Below are positions 20,611 through 29,317 of a stretch of DNA of 49,154 nucleotides, piece by piece. The DNA comes from Gammaproteobacteria bacterium. GTDB lineage: Bacteria; Pseudomonadota; Gammaproteobacteria; UBA9214. Position numbers and translations under genes: made by a program. The notes under the pieces were generated by a model, which did no database searches, was not told the DNA's origin, and saw only the letters and a list, made by a program, of their open reading frames with translations. Positions within the stretch are counted from its first letter, which is position 1, and every line of letters begins with the position of its first letter. The stretch is taken from contig QIFB01000002.1 of assembly GCA_003230545.1 (NCBI GenBank), positions 1 to 49,154 on the forward strand, in the 5' to 3' direction.

Positions 20611-21965
20611 CCCCCGGCGATGGTCATCTGCTCGATCAGCATCGAGCCGGTACGCACGTTGCCGCGATGGTCCACGTCATTGCCCACCTCGACGATCCCC
20701 ATGAACATGTCTTTCAGGTTGCCGGCCGCCGTGATCTCCTCGACCGGGTATTGAATCTCCCCGCCTTCCACCCAGAACCCGGCGACGCCACGTGAATAAT
20801 CGCCGGTCAGGATATTCACCCCGAAGCCGATGACCTCGCTGACCAGCAGCCCGGTATCCATGGTCCGCAACAGGCCGTCCAGATCCTGCGTGCCGGGAGT
20901 TACCGTCAGGTTGCGCACCCCGCCGGCATTGCCAGTGGTCTCCATACCGAGCTTGCGCGCGGCGTAGCTGTCGAGCACGTAGCCCTGCAGTACCCCGTCA
21001 CGGATGATGTCGCGTTCCCGGGTTGCAACGCCCTCGGCATCATATGGCGCACTGCCAAGACCCTTCTGCAACAACGGCTGCTCGTGGATATGCATGAACG
21101 GCTGGAATACCGGCTGGCCCAGATGATCGACCAGGAACGAGGACTTGCGGTACAGGTTGCTGCCACTGATGGCGTTAATGAAACTACCGACCAGGCCACG
21201 CGCCACGTCTGCCGCAAAAATTACCGGGGCCTGGCGGGTAGACAATTGCCGTGCACCAAGCCGCATCACGGTACGCTCCCCGGCCTTGCGCCCGACGTCA
21301 GCGGGACCGGCGAGATCCTGCGGGTCACGCACTGTATCGGCCCAGTGATCACGCTGCATCTCGTCCCCCTCGCGGCCAATCACCGCACAGCTGATACTGT
21401 GACGGCTGCTTCGATAACCCGCAAGAAAGCCGTGGCTGTTACCGGTCACCCGCATGCCGGAATAGCTCGACAGGGTCGCGCCCTCGGAATTCTCGATGCG
21501 TGCATCGACCGCGCGCGCGGCCGCTTCACACTCCCGGGCAACCTCGATGGCCCGCGCGACATCGAGATCCCAGGGGTGGTACAGGTCAAGGTCCGGTATC
21601 CCGGTGGCCATGCGATCGGCATCGGCCAGCCCGCCACAATCATCCTGGCTGGTATAGCGCGCTATATCACATGCCGCCCTGACCGTAGCAACGATACTTT
21701 CCGGTTCGAAGTCCGCGGTACTTGCCGAGCCCTTGCGCTGGTCAAACCAGACCGTCAGCCCGAGGCCACGGTCGCGGTTGTATTCCAGGGTCTCGGTCTC
21801 GCCCAGGCGCACCGTGACCGACAGACCGGCATCGATACTGACACCGGCGTCGACCTGGTCCGCACCCAGCGTGCGCGCCTGTGCAATGACATCCTGTACC
21901 AGCGTTTCCAGCATGGACGGGGCCGGAAAACCGGCAGTGTGAGTGTGTTCCTGGATTTCTGACAT
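20607..21965 (-). CDS. pmbA: Metalloprotease PmbA (TldE)
   Basis: About 452 aa, PmbA/TldD family. Divergent from yjgA as in E. coli. The ATG at 21965 (MSEIQEH...) is chosen over the ORF start at 22019. Confidence 0.9.
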   Translation of the reverse strand: MSEIQEHTHTAGFPAPSMLETLVQDVIAQARTLGADQVDAGVSIDAGLSVTVRLGETETLEYNRDRGLGLTVWFDQRKGSASTADFEPESIVATVRAACDIARYTSQDDCGGLADADRMATGIPDLDLYHPWDLDVARAIEVARECEAAARAVDARIENSEGATLSSYSGMRVTGNSHGFLAGYRSSRHSISCAVIGREGDEMQRDHWADTVRDPQDLAGPADVGRKAGERTVMRLGARQLSTRQAPVIFAADVARGLVGSFINAISGSNLYRKSSFLVDHLGQPVFQPFMHIHEQPLLQKGLGSAPYDAEGVATRERDIIRDGVLQGYVLDSYAARKLGMETTGNAGGVRNLTVTPGTQDLDGLLRTMDTGLLVSEVIGFGVNILTGDYSRGVAGFWVEGGEIQYPVEEITAAGNLKDMFMGIVEVGNDVDHRGNVRTGSMLIEQMTIAGG

Positions 21966-22051
21966 AAGGTGGCCCTGTTGGCAGCCACGAATTGTACCTG
22001 CCGCCATTCGGCCGGACAAATCCGTGTGGAATCGTTATCCTGTGCCCACCC

Positions 22052-22564
22052 ATGGACGACAGCGAACACAATGAGCATGCGCCGATCAGCAAGACCCGGC
22101 GCAAACGCGAAATGGAAGCCTTGCGCAAGCTCGGTGAAGAACTGCTGTCCTTCGATGCAGGGGCCCTGCTGAAACTCGGCTTGCCGGACCCGTTGCTGGA
22201 GGCCCTGCACGCGGCCAATCGCATCAGCTCACATGGCGCGCGCCGGCGCCAGCTGCATTACATCGGCAAGCTGATGCGCCAGGTGGATACCGCGCCAGTC
22301 GAGGCTGCCGTGCATGCCCGGCAGCACCAGGACATCACCAACACCCGGGGATTTCACCTGCTCGAGGAACTGCGCGAGGCACTGATCGTCGAGGAAGATG
22401 CCGCGCTGGCAACCATTCTGCAACATTTCCCGCTGGCCGACCGCCAGCGGCTGCGCAAGCTGGCCCGGCAGGCACGCAAGGAACGCGGAGACAGGCAGCC
22501 CCCGAAAGCATCACGCATCCTGTTCCGTTACCTGCGTGAGTTGCAGGAAGATAACGAACCGTAG
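22052..22564 (+). CDS. yjgA: Ribosome-associated DUF615 protein (YjgA/DarP-like)
   Basis: About 170 aa. The N-terminus is acidic, followed by SKTRRKREMEALRKLGEELL, typical of YjgA. Divergent from pmbA. Start taken at ATG 22052. Confidence 0.75.
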   Translation: MDDSEHNEHAPISKTRRKREMEALRKLGEELLSFDAGALLKLGLPDPLLEALHAANRISSHGARRRQLHYIGKLMRQVDTAPVEAAVHARQHQDITNTRGFHLLEELREALIVEEDAALATILQHFPLADRQRLRKLARQARKERGDRQPPKASRILFRYLRELQEDNEP

Positions 22565-22659
22565 GACCGGCCCTTTATACCCATTGGGGTGCCGGCTGGG
22601 AATGCCTTTCCCCGCGGGGCGCCGGTCCTACGTAGGACCGGCGCCCTCGCCGGGAATGG
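22561..22659. repeat. REP cluster of the GTAGGACCGG family (three units in alternating orientation)
   Basis: GTAGGACCGGCCC... (22561-), inverted GGGAATGCCTTTCCCCGCGGGGCGCCGGTCCTAC (22598-22631), and direct GTAGGACCGGCGCCCTCGCCGGGAATGG (22632-22659). Confidence 0.75.
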
Positions 22660-22662
22660 TTA

Positions 22663-23178
22663 TTACGACGAACGTCCACCGGTATCCGTTTCCCTGAGCA
22701 TCCCCAGGAACAGGTTAGCGCACAGCAGCAGCAAACCGGCGAGCAGAGCCGTCACACTGGTGTAGGTCAACATCTCGGTCAGGATGTGTTCATGGGCCGC
22801 TTCCCGGCCAATGCCCGGCGCCAGCAGGTACATGGAAAACCATGCCAGCGGGTACAGGTTGCCGAGTCCGATCAGCAACGCGGACACCGACTTTAGCCGC
22901 GCCCGCATGTTAGACAGGGCCAGCAGGATCACCAGGCCAAGGGAACACGCCGAAATGCCGGTGGCGTGAAAGTGGGCGCGCTGGGCATAGCGCCAGATCT
23001 TGTCCTTGCTCTTCGCGTCGTGAACTTCCGGGTTGGCGGTAATACCCTCGCTTACAAACTGCTTGTAGGCGTCCTCGTTGACGCCGAAGCTCACACCCAG
23101 GAAAAGCCCGAACAACAGTCCGGCGATCACCAGGAAGAGGCCTGCCCTTACATGGCAGAGATGCACATTGTTCGTCAT
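22663..23178 (-). CDS. Hypothetical 4-TM membrane protein
   Basis: 171-aa ORF with an ATG start and four clear hydrophobic helices. Conserved-looking His residues (RAHFHATG, AAHEHILTE). I do not recognise the family. Confidence 0.55.
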   Translation of the reverse strand: MTNNVHLCHVRAGLFLVIAGLLFGLFLGVSFGVNEDAYKQFVSEGITANPEVHDAKSKDKIWRYAQRAHFHATGISACSLGLVILLALSNMRARLKSVSALLIGLGNLYPLAWFSMYLLAPGIGREAAHEHILTEMLTYTSVTALLAGLLLLCANLFLGMLRETDTGGRSS

Positions 23179-23222
23179 ATTCCGGTACCGATTCAGTTTG
23201 CCAGGGGAAACGCAGCCTGATT

Positions 23223-24200
23223 CTAACCCGTTTTATCCAGCGAGGCAGCGAATTCATGGACGATGTCGCCCGCCGCCTCGACGCGGTTGATCTCTCCGGC
23301 ACTCTTGCCCGCCTGAAAGATGTCCCGGTAGCCCATCCCCTGCAGGGAGGCGCGCTTCAGTTTCCAGATCGATTGCAACGAGTAGAAGATACGCATCCAG
23401 TGCCGGCTGCGGCGCCCGCGCAGCAGCCATTGTGCCAGCGGACCAGCCTTGAGCCCCATGCGCCGGATGGCGGGTGTAGCGATCAGCGACACCGGCACGC
23501 CGGTAATCTTCTCACTGAGCACGATATCGTCTTCCCCGGCCTGCAGGATGGCCTGCTTGTAATCCTCGTGCGCGCTGCATTCGCGGCTGGCGATAAAGCG
23601 CGTCCCGAGCTGCACCCCGGCATACCCGGCACGCATGGCTGCAGCAAATCCCGGCGCATCCCCGATGCCGCCGGCACAGATCAGCGGCTTGCCCAGCGGC
23701 AGCAGCTCGTCCAGCAGCTGCTGTGGTGACAGTTCCCCCGCATGGCCACCGGCCCGGTTATTGACGCAGATTAACCCGTCGACCCCGCCATCGAGTGCCT
23801 TGTCGGCCCATTTCCGGGCGGTCACGTCGTGGTAGACAGTAACTCCCGCCGCCGCCGCGCGTTCGACCACCCAGCGCGGGTTGCCCAGCGCCGTGACCAG
23901 CAGCGGCACCTGTTCCTCCAGCGCGATGTCCAGCCAGCGGTGTACCCGCTCGAGATAGCGCTTTGAACTTTGCTCGATAATCAGATTGACCCCGATGGGC
24001 TTGTCCGTCAGCTGGCGGATAAAACGCAGGCCGGCGCGAAACTCATACCCGTGCACATAGGTGAGGCTCAGAGGCTGCACAATGCCGATCCCGCCTGCCG
24101 CGGACACGGCCGCCACCAGTTCCGGGTTGGAGCACGGGTACATGGCCCCGCAGATGAGCGGAACCTCGATACCGAGTGCCCGGGTAAATTCAGTCTGCAT
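23223..24200 (-). CDS. NMO-family FMN oxidoreductase (nitronate monooxygenase / FabK-like enoyl reductase)
   Basis: 325 aa. Has LGIEVPLICGAMYPCS and GGHAG...AGGIGD blocks typical of PF03060-type TIM-barrel flavoenzymes. Its ATG overlaps the upstream thioesterase stop by 1 nt. Confidence 0.8.
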   Translation of the reverse strand: MQTEFTRALGIEVPLICGAMYPCSNPELVAAVSAAGGIGIVQPLSLTYVHGYEFRAGLRFIRQLTDKPIGVNLIIEQSSKRYLERVHRWLDIALEEQVPLLVTALGNPRWVVERAAAAGVTVYHDVTARKWADKALDGGVDGLICVNNRAGGHAGELSPQQLLDELLPLGKPLICAGGIGDAPGFAAAMRAGYAGVQLGTRFIASRECSAHEDYKQAILQAGEDDIVLSEKITGVPVSLIATPAIRRMGLKAGPLAQWLLRGRRSRHWMRIFYSLQSIWKLKRASLQGMGYRDIFQAGKSAGEINRVEAAGDIVHEFAASLDKTG

Positions 24201-24697
24201 CAGGCTACCGGCTCCGGACCGATCAGCCAGCGTGCCTGTACCGTGGCGACGACCTCACCGGCACTGTCCCGGATTGCGCCATCAACCCTGAACGGCTGTT
24301 CCGCGTTGTCAGCCGGAACCGTGCAGCGACACTCGGCCAGCAGGCGACCGCGCGCCTTTTTCAGGTAGTCGATGGAAAACCCGGTGAGGATGCCGCGGGT
24401 GTTGTCCGGCAGTGAGTTCATCAGCGCCAACCCGGTCACCAGTTCGCCGAGATTGGTCAGCGCCATCGCATGGATGGAATGCAAGTGGTTGCGCACCCGG
24501 TGCCGGTCGCGCAGCGTCGCCTGGCAAAAGCCCGGCTCGAGTACCCGGATGTCAGCACCGATGCTGCCACTGTAGGGCGCATAGTGCCCGAGCAGGCGAC
24601 TGAACAGCCATTTCCCGCCTGGATATTCCGCGAGTCTCCCCCACCACAGCCGCAGGCCGGGTCCGGTCGACTGGCGTGTCACGACACCCCGCCACAT
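24200..24697 (-). CDS. Hotdog-fold thioesterase-like protein (PaaI/DUF4442-like)
   Basis: 165 aa. The HSIHAMALTNLGELVTG block resembles PaaI/YiiD_C hotdog proteins. Translationally coupled to the NMO gene. Confidence 0.6.
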   Translation of the reverse strand: MWRGVVTRQSTGPGLRLWWGRLAEYPGGKWLFSRLLGHYAPYSGSIGADIRVLEPGFCQATLRDRHRVRNHLHSIHAMALTNLGELVTGLALMNSLPDNTRGILTGFSIDYLKKARGRLLAECRCTVPADNAEQPFRVDGAIRDSAGEVVATVQARWLIGPEPVA

Positions 24698-24849
24698 TCA
24701 GGAAACTGGTCCACAGGCCCTACATTACAGTACGTACTGACGGGGTAAAGCCTTGTTACGACGCCGTAAATCCAGTCAGCAGTCACACCAGGCAATCCCG
24801 GCTGGCCTTGCGTATCTCCAGTTTCCCGGTGATGACGCGCTCACTCCCG

Positions 24850-25854
24850 CTATGAACCCGACAGCATCCGGTGCAGCACGGCCATCTGTACCAGCATGCG
24901 GTTGCGTGCCTCGGCAATAACAACGCTGCGCGACCCGTCGAGTATGCGATCCGTCACCGTAACTCCGCGGCGTACCGGCAGGCAGTGCATAAAGCGGCAG
25001 TCGCTGGCAGCCTTGTCGAACCAGGATTCATCGACACACCAGTCCCGCAGTTCCAGCTTGAACTTGTCTTGCGCATGCTTGTTGCCGTACTGTTGCATGG
25101 ATGACCAGGAATTGACGTAGATAACCTGGCTATCCTGCATGGCCGCAGCGCGGTCGTCGGTCTCCGTGACCGTGCCGCCGCTCGTTGCAGCCGCCTGGCG
25201 CGCCTTTTCCATGATGGTGTCCGGCAGTGCGAAGCCCTCTGGCCGCAGCACCGTGACATCCATCCCGCGCAGTGCGGCCATGTGCAGTGTCGCCGCCGGC
25301 ACCGCCAGCGGCAGCGGTTGTGGATGCCAGCTCCAGGACAGCACGAACTTTCCGCCGTTGGCAGGTATTCCCAGGTCACCCATGGTTTTCCAGTCGGCCA
25401 GGCTCTGGCACGGGTGATTGATTGCCGATTCCATGTTGATATATGGCGTATCGACCAGTGCGGTCAACTCGCGGAATTCGCGATCAGCAAGGTCGTCATC
25501 GAGATTTTCTCTCTTGGCAAACGCGCGAATCCCGATGGCGTCGCCATAGGACGCAATCACCGGAACGGCTTCGTGAATGTGCTCGGCCGCGACACCGTCC
25601 ATCACGATACCCGAGCGCGATTCTAGTCCGTGAATGGACATATTTGGCGCAATAACAAAGGTCCCGCCACCCAGCCGTATCATTGCTGACTGGAACGAGG
25701 CCAGTGTCCGCAACGACGGGCTCAGGAACAGCAGTGACAGTACCTTGCCCTCCAGTGCACGTGGCTCGGGTTTATCGTCAAGCCTGCGGGCAAGCGTAAT
25801 CAGTTCCCTGATTTCGGCGGCGCTGAAATCCGCCAGGTCATTGAAGCAATCCAT
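24850..25854 (-). CDS. Transcarbamylase of the N-acetylornithine carbamoyltransferase type (ArgF'-like)
   Basis: 334 aa. Has SLRTLASFQ (an STRTR-like carbamoyl-phosphate motif variant) and HPCQSLAD. Length and the VMDG...EHI...IGIRAF region resemble Xanthomonas-type AOTCase rather than classical OTCase. Confidence 0.75.
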   Translation of the reverse strand: MDCFNDLADFSAAEIRELITLARRLDDKPEPRALEGKVLSLLFLSPSLRTLASFQSAMIRLGGGTFVIAPNMSIHGLESRSGIVMDGVAAEHIHEAVPVIASYGDAIGIRAFAKRENLDDDLADREFRELTALVDTPYINMESAINHPCQSLADWKTMGDLGIPANGGKFVLSWSWHPQPLPLAVPAATLHMAALRGMDVTVLRPEGFALPDTIMEKARQAAATSGGTVTETDDRAAAMQDSQVIYVNSWSSMQQYGNKHAQDKFKLELRDWCVDESWFDKAASDCRFMHCLPVRRGVTVTDRILDGSRSVVIAEARNRMLVQMAVLHRMLSGS

Positions 25855-25921
25855 GGTTAGTTCATCTCCTGTTCACTGTGTCGGAATATTGTAGACAGCA
25901 CCCATGGAAATTTATATGTAT

Positions 25922-26253
25922 TTTCCCTGAGTGAGCGAACTGCACCTGCCGAGCGTGCATCCGCCGTCCCCGGCAGGCGCCCCTGTCAGGGAACGCTGCA
26001 AGTCCATCCCTGGACGCTCAACGGCTTCATCCCTGAAGCCGATGTCCCTGACAGGGGCGCCTGCCGCGTACACCGGATTGCATGACGCAACAGTCTGTAC
26101 GGTTACTCGGGGTCCAGGGGGGTTGCTCAAGACCGTTGGCCGCAGGGATGCGGCCATCGAGCGTACAGGGATGTATTTACAGCGGGTCTTGAGCAACCCC
26201 CCTGGGCCTCGAGTGACCTTGCTCGGACTGTGCAGTTCGCTCACTCAGGGAAA
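25922..26253 (+). repeat. Nested-palindromic structured intergenic element, copy 3 (best-preserved copy)
   Basis: A perfect 24-bp outer stem pairs 25922-25945 with 26230-26253. A perfect 21-bp stem (25972-25992/26045-26065) encloses two hairpins with TCCC loops. A 34-bp stem (26101-26134/26185-26218, only G:T exceptions) encloses two hairpins with GGGA loops. The element begins 67 nt upstream of the transcarbamylase ATG. Confidence 0.92.
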
Positions 26254-26355
26254 CAACCATTAAAATATTCAGAGGGAAAGACACCATATGCGCCGGGAAT
26301 CGGCGCAGTGCATGGTGTTGCTGCTGTCGCCTGATGCGACAGTCAGTCGTACCGC

Positions 26356-26775
26356 TTATTGTTTTTGCGGTATCGGATGTGTCCGTGACTTGGTCGGCAG
26401 GACGATTTTACCGGGACTGATACGTTCCGCAGTCAGTTCGGCGGCATTATCGAGTGCCGTCTGTCCGCCCAGCAGCAGGCGATCGACTTCCTGCTCGGCT
26501 TCCAGCCAGTCCTGCTCTGGATCACCATTGATAAAGCCGTGGCTCTCTGCCTTGTGGTAGGCGGTCAGCTGGATCAGCTCGTGGCGGATCTTGTTGCTGA
26601 TCACCATACTGCCCAGCCCCTCATCGTCCGCTGACAACCGGCGTTTCAGTTTCCGGGTGGTGCTCTTCAGGGTGTTTTCCAGCTTCCGGGAGAGCGTCAG
26701 TTCCAGCTCCTTGATCCGGCCCCACAGGATATCCATTTCCACGGACATCTTCTCGATGGTCATTTTGTCGGCCAT
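26356..26775 (-). CDS. DUF2934-like small protein with an N-terminal coiled coil
   Basis: 139 aa with a good GGAGG RBS 7 nt upstream of the ATG. The C-terminal half AYHKAESHGFINGDPEQDWLEAEQEV matches the DUF2934 signature (AY..AE.RG......DW..AE). Confidence 0.6.
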   Translation of the reverse strand: MADKMTIEKMSVEMDILWGRIKELELTLSRKLENTLKSTTRKLKRRLSADDEGLGSMVISNKIRHELIQLTAYHKAESHGFINGDPEQDWLEAEQEVDRLLLGGQTALDNAAELTAERISPGKIVLPTKSRTHPIPQKQ

Positions 26776-26927
26776 GGCATTGCCTCCGCGTCAGGTTCGC
26801 ACAGGTTTCTGCAACCACAGCATCTTGCGATGCTGAGCCTATCATAGCCCTTTATATTGAGATTGGAAGGTTTTTCTCGCCGCGGCGTCTGACATCAAAA
26901 AACGTCATTTTTCCGCCGGGGAACGGC

Positions 26928-28373
26928 TCAGGCACTGGTGCCGCCGACCGTGAGTTCATCGATCAGCAGCGTTGGTTGTCCGACACCGACCGGGACACTC
27001 TGGCCTTCCTTGCCACAGGTACCGACGCCGGAATCCAGCTGTAGATCGTTGCCGACCATGGACACCCGCTTGAGCACCTCCGGACCGTTGCCGATCAGGG
27101 TAGCCCCCCTGACCGGTGCAGTGACCTTGCCGTGTTCGATCAGATAGGCCTCGCTGGCCGTGAATACGAACTTGCCCGAGGTGATGTCGACCTGGCCACC
27201 GCCGAAGTTGACGGCATACAGTCCCTTGTCCACCGAGCGGATGATCTCATCCGGATCGGACTCGCCGGCCAGCAGGCAGGTATTGGTCATGCGTGGCATG
27301 GGCAGGTGTGCGTAGGATTCGCGCCGGCCATTACCGGTGGGGGCAACGCCCATCAGGCCGGCATTCATGCGGTCCTGCATGTAGCCTGTGAGGATGCCGT
27401 TTTCAATCAGCACCGTGTGTTGCGTTGGAATGCCCTCATCATCGACGTTCAGGGAACCGCGCCGCCCGGCAATGGTACCGTCATCAATGACGGTACACAG
27501 CGGTGAGGCCACCTGTTCGCCGACCCGACCTGCGAAGGCCGAGGTACCCTTGCGGTTGAAGTCACCCTCCAGCCCGTGACCGATGGCCTCGTGTAGCAGG
27601 ATGCCCGGCCAGCCGGGACCCAGCACCACCGGCATGGTACCTGCCGGTGTGGCCACGGCGTCGAGATTGACCAGGGCCTGGCGCACCGCCTCGCGCGCAT
27701 AGCCAAGGGCGCGTTCCTGTTCAATGAAGAAGCCGTAATCGGTACGCCCGCCGCCACCAGCCGACCCTTGCTCGCGCCGGCCATCCTGCTCGACAATGAC
27801 CATGACGTTAAAACGGATCAGTGGACGCACATCGCCCGACAGGGTACCGTCACTGACTGCCACCATCATGATTTCATGGACACCGGCAAGACTGACCACC
27901 ACTTCCCTGACGCGCGGGTCCTGGCGCCGTGCCTCGGCATCCACCTGCTGCAGCAGGGCGACCTTTTCATCCGCGGTCATTTGATCCAGCGGGTCGAGTG
28001 CCGGGTAGAGACTGTTTTCTGCACCGCGGTGCCAGGCCTGCAGCTTGCCCTCGCTGCCCTGGCGCGCAATCGCACGCGCCGCCTGCGAGGCATCCAGCAA
28101 CGCCGGCATCAGGATCTCGTCAGAATAGGCAAAACCGGTCTTGTCGCCACTGATGGCACGCACCCCCGCACCCTGCTCGATACTGTGCGTACCCTCCTTG
28201 ACGATGCCGTCTTCCAGCACCCAAGACTCGTAGCGTGTGGACTGGAAATACAGGTCACCGCTATCGACCGCGTGACCCAGCAGGCTGGCGAACACCCGGT
28301 CCAGATCATTTTCATCGAGGCCGGCCGGGGCCAGCAGGCGCTGGCGGGCGATATCGAGGTTGGAGGTACTCAT
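26928..28373 (-). CDS. tldD: Metalloprotease TldD
   Basis: About 481 aa with the [11 protein letters not shown] zinc motif. The ATG at 28373 ([10 protein letters not shown]...) overlaps the upstream hydrolase stop (ATGA). The longer ORF start at 28577 is rejected. Confidence 0.92.
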   Translation of the reverse strand: MSTSNLDIARQRLLAPAGLDENDLDRVFASLLGHAVDSGDLYFQSTRYESWVLEDGIVKEGTHSIEQGAGVRAISGDKTGFAYSDEILMPALLDASQAARAIARQGSEGKLQAWHRGAENSLYPALDPLDQMTADEKVALLQQVDAEARRQDPRVREVVVSLAGVHEIMMVAVSDGTLSGDVRPLIRFNVMVIVEQDGRREQGSAGGGGRTDYGFFIEQERALGYAREAVRQALVNLDAVATPAGTMPVVLGPGWPGILLHEAIGHGLEGDFNRKGTSAFAGRVGEQVASPLCTVIDDGTIAGRRGSLNVDDEGIPTQHTVLIENGILTGYMQDRMNAGLMGVAPTGNGRRESYAHLPMPRMTNTCLLAGESDPDEIIRSVDKGLYAVNFGGGQVDITSGKFVFTASEAYLIEHGKVTAPVRGATLIGNGPEVLKRVSMVGNDLQLDSGVGTCGKEGQSVPVGVGQPTLLIDELTVGGTSA

Positions 28374-29185
28374 GACTGCAGGCGACGGTGTTCGATACTC
28401 GGGAAGTTGCATCGCGCATTGCCAAGACGTTCCAGGTCGAGGGTGGCACAGACCACGCCCGGCCCGCGCGCAAGACTGTTCAGTACCGTACCCCAGGGAT
28501 CCACGATCATGCTGTGACCCCAGGTCTCGCGCCCGTTGAGATGGTAGCCGCCCTGGTTGGGCGCGATCACGTAGCACTGGTTCTCGATCGCGCGTGCGCG
28601 TACCAGCACTTCCCAGTGCGCCACGCCGGTGATCGCGGTAAACGCAGATGGCAGGACCAGCAGTTCCATGCCGGCATCGAGCTGCTGCCGGAACAGTTCC
28701 GGGAAACGCAGGTCATAGCAGACTGACAGCCCCATGCGTCCGAACGGGCTGTCGATGACCACCACGTCACTGCCCGGCTCGATGGTTTCTGACTCGGTGT
28801 ATTGCTCGTCACTGTCAACAATCCGGACATCGAACAAATGAATCTTGTCATAGCGGGCGACCTGCCTGCCCGCGCTGTCGAATACCAGGCAGACGGCGCG
28901 CACCTTGTCATCGGCACTGGCGACCAGCGGGATCGTACCACCAACCAGCCAGATACCGTGGCGCGCGGCCTGTTCTGCAAGAAACGCCTGGATGGGACCG
29001 TCACCCTCCGGCTCCCGCACGGCAACCTTCTCGCGCTCCGACTTGCCCATGATGGCAAAGTTTTCCGGCAGTACCACCAGTTTTGCCCCCTGGTTGACCG
29101 CCTCGTCCACCAGGCGCTCGGCCTCCAGCAGGTTGGCACCGACATTGGGGCCCGAAGCCATTTGTATACAGGCAATTACACTCAT
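28370..29185 (-). CDS. Carbon-nitrogen hydrolase family protein (Nit-like amidohydrolase)
   Basis: About 271 aa with catalytic Cys context [12 protein letters not shown], Glu in LVVLPENF and Lys in YDKIHLF. Same yhdP-nit-tldD position as in pseudomonads. Confidence 0.85.
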   Translation of the reverse strand: MSVIACIQMASGPNVGANLLEAERLVDEAVNQGAKLVVLPENFAIMGKSEREKVAVREPEGDGPIQAFLAEQAARHGIWLVGGTIPLVASADDKVRAVCLVFDSAGRQVARYDKIHLFDVRIVDSDEQYTESETIEPGSDVVVIDSPFGRMGLSVCYDLRFPELFRQQLDAGMELLVLPSAFTAITGVAHWEVLVRARAIENQCYVIAPNQGGYHLNGRETWGHSMIVDPWGTVLNSLARGPGVVCATLDLERLGNARCNFPSIEHRRLQS

Positions 29186-29317
29186 GACATAACCATTCCG
29201 GCAATATAAACAGGCGTTGGTGCAGTGAACCAGGTTCAGACAGACCAGGGACAAAACAATAGCACAGTTCGATCAGACATCGCGGCCACTGCGACCGCAG
29301 TGTTTTCGGGGTTTTGT

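Noticed and set aside
25855-25921. A possible ArgR (ARG box) operator in the AT-rich stretch GGAAATTTATATGTAT upstream of the transcarbamylase gene.
   Set aside because: It shows only a weak resemblance to TNTGAATWWWWATTCANW. The TGAAT/ATTCA half-sites are not present.
29287-29316. Hairpin CACTGCG-AC-CGCAGTG followed by TTTTCGGGGTTTT, resembling an intrinsic terminator.
   Set aside because: The T-run follows the hairpin only on the plus strand, and both neighbouring genes (yhdP, nit) are on the minus strand. The 2-nt loop is also too tight. Not supportable as a terminator.
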